From: Okamejei kenojei
Taxonomy: Eukaryota
Direction of reading: 5' to 3'
NCBI GenBank assembly: GCA_035221665.1
Contig: CM069149.1
Coordinates: 30,194,001 to 30,258,000 of the forward strand
DNA: 64,000 nucleotides
This document shows, one piece after another, positions 63,871-64,000 of the stretch. The translations under genes and the position numbers were made by a program. Within the stretch, counting starts at the first letter, position 1. Each line of letters begins with the position of its first letter. Under the pieces are notes generated by a model. The model made no database searches and was not told the origin of the DNA. It worked only from the letters and a program-made list of their open reading frames with translations.

Positions 63871-64000
63871 ACCCTCTTCCTTCCTTCTCCCAGTATTAAA
63901 TTCCACCTGCCGCTCCACTGCCCACATCCTCTTGCAGTCTACAGCAATAAACTTCCCACCACCTCTCCAAGTTTAGGGTGAACCAGAGGTCCTCATCTCT

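Overview
Vertebrate genomic DNA, not prokaryotic. The repeat content (CR1 LINEs, Penelope-like elements, tRNA-derived SINEs with (CTAAA)n tails) suggests a cartilaginous fish, probably a skate or ray; this is an inference. The whole window lies inside one minus-strand gene encoding a MICAL3-like F-actin methionine monooxygenase. Seven consecutive exons, hand-spliced at 63454->44709, give the end of the monooxygenase domain, the CH domain and the '...SPISFLTRLGQNITRKRMPK' segment. Two further exons lie at 7331-7429 and 789-872. Main finding: between the 44709 and 7429 exons (both boundaries phase 0) is a ~31-kb array (12746-43281) of 28 tandemly duplicated symmetric phase-0 micro-exons. Most are exactly 45 nt (15 aa), with conserved ...tgtgttttAG / GTGAGTT splice sites. 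Twenty-five are intact and could add up to 375 aa of Met-containing repeats (e.g. DYGRSVTAMKLAEKQ, DYDRRVTAMKIAGKQ, DNLGREPMTHPAERN); three are broken. The array sits in a G-rich 33-nt satellite and grew by nested duplications that carried MITEs and LINE fragments along. The ORF track misses this system; its 'HRVSGVRG' and 'QGEWGQGS' ORFs are satellite artefacts. Homology calls are from memory of MICAL sequences, not database searches, and repeat boundaries are approximate.
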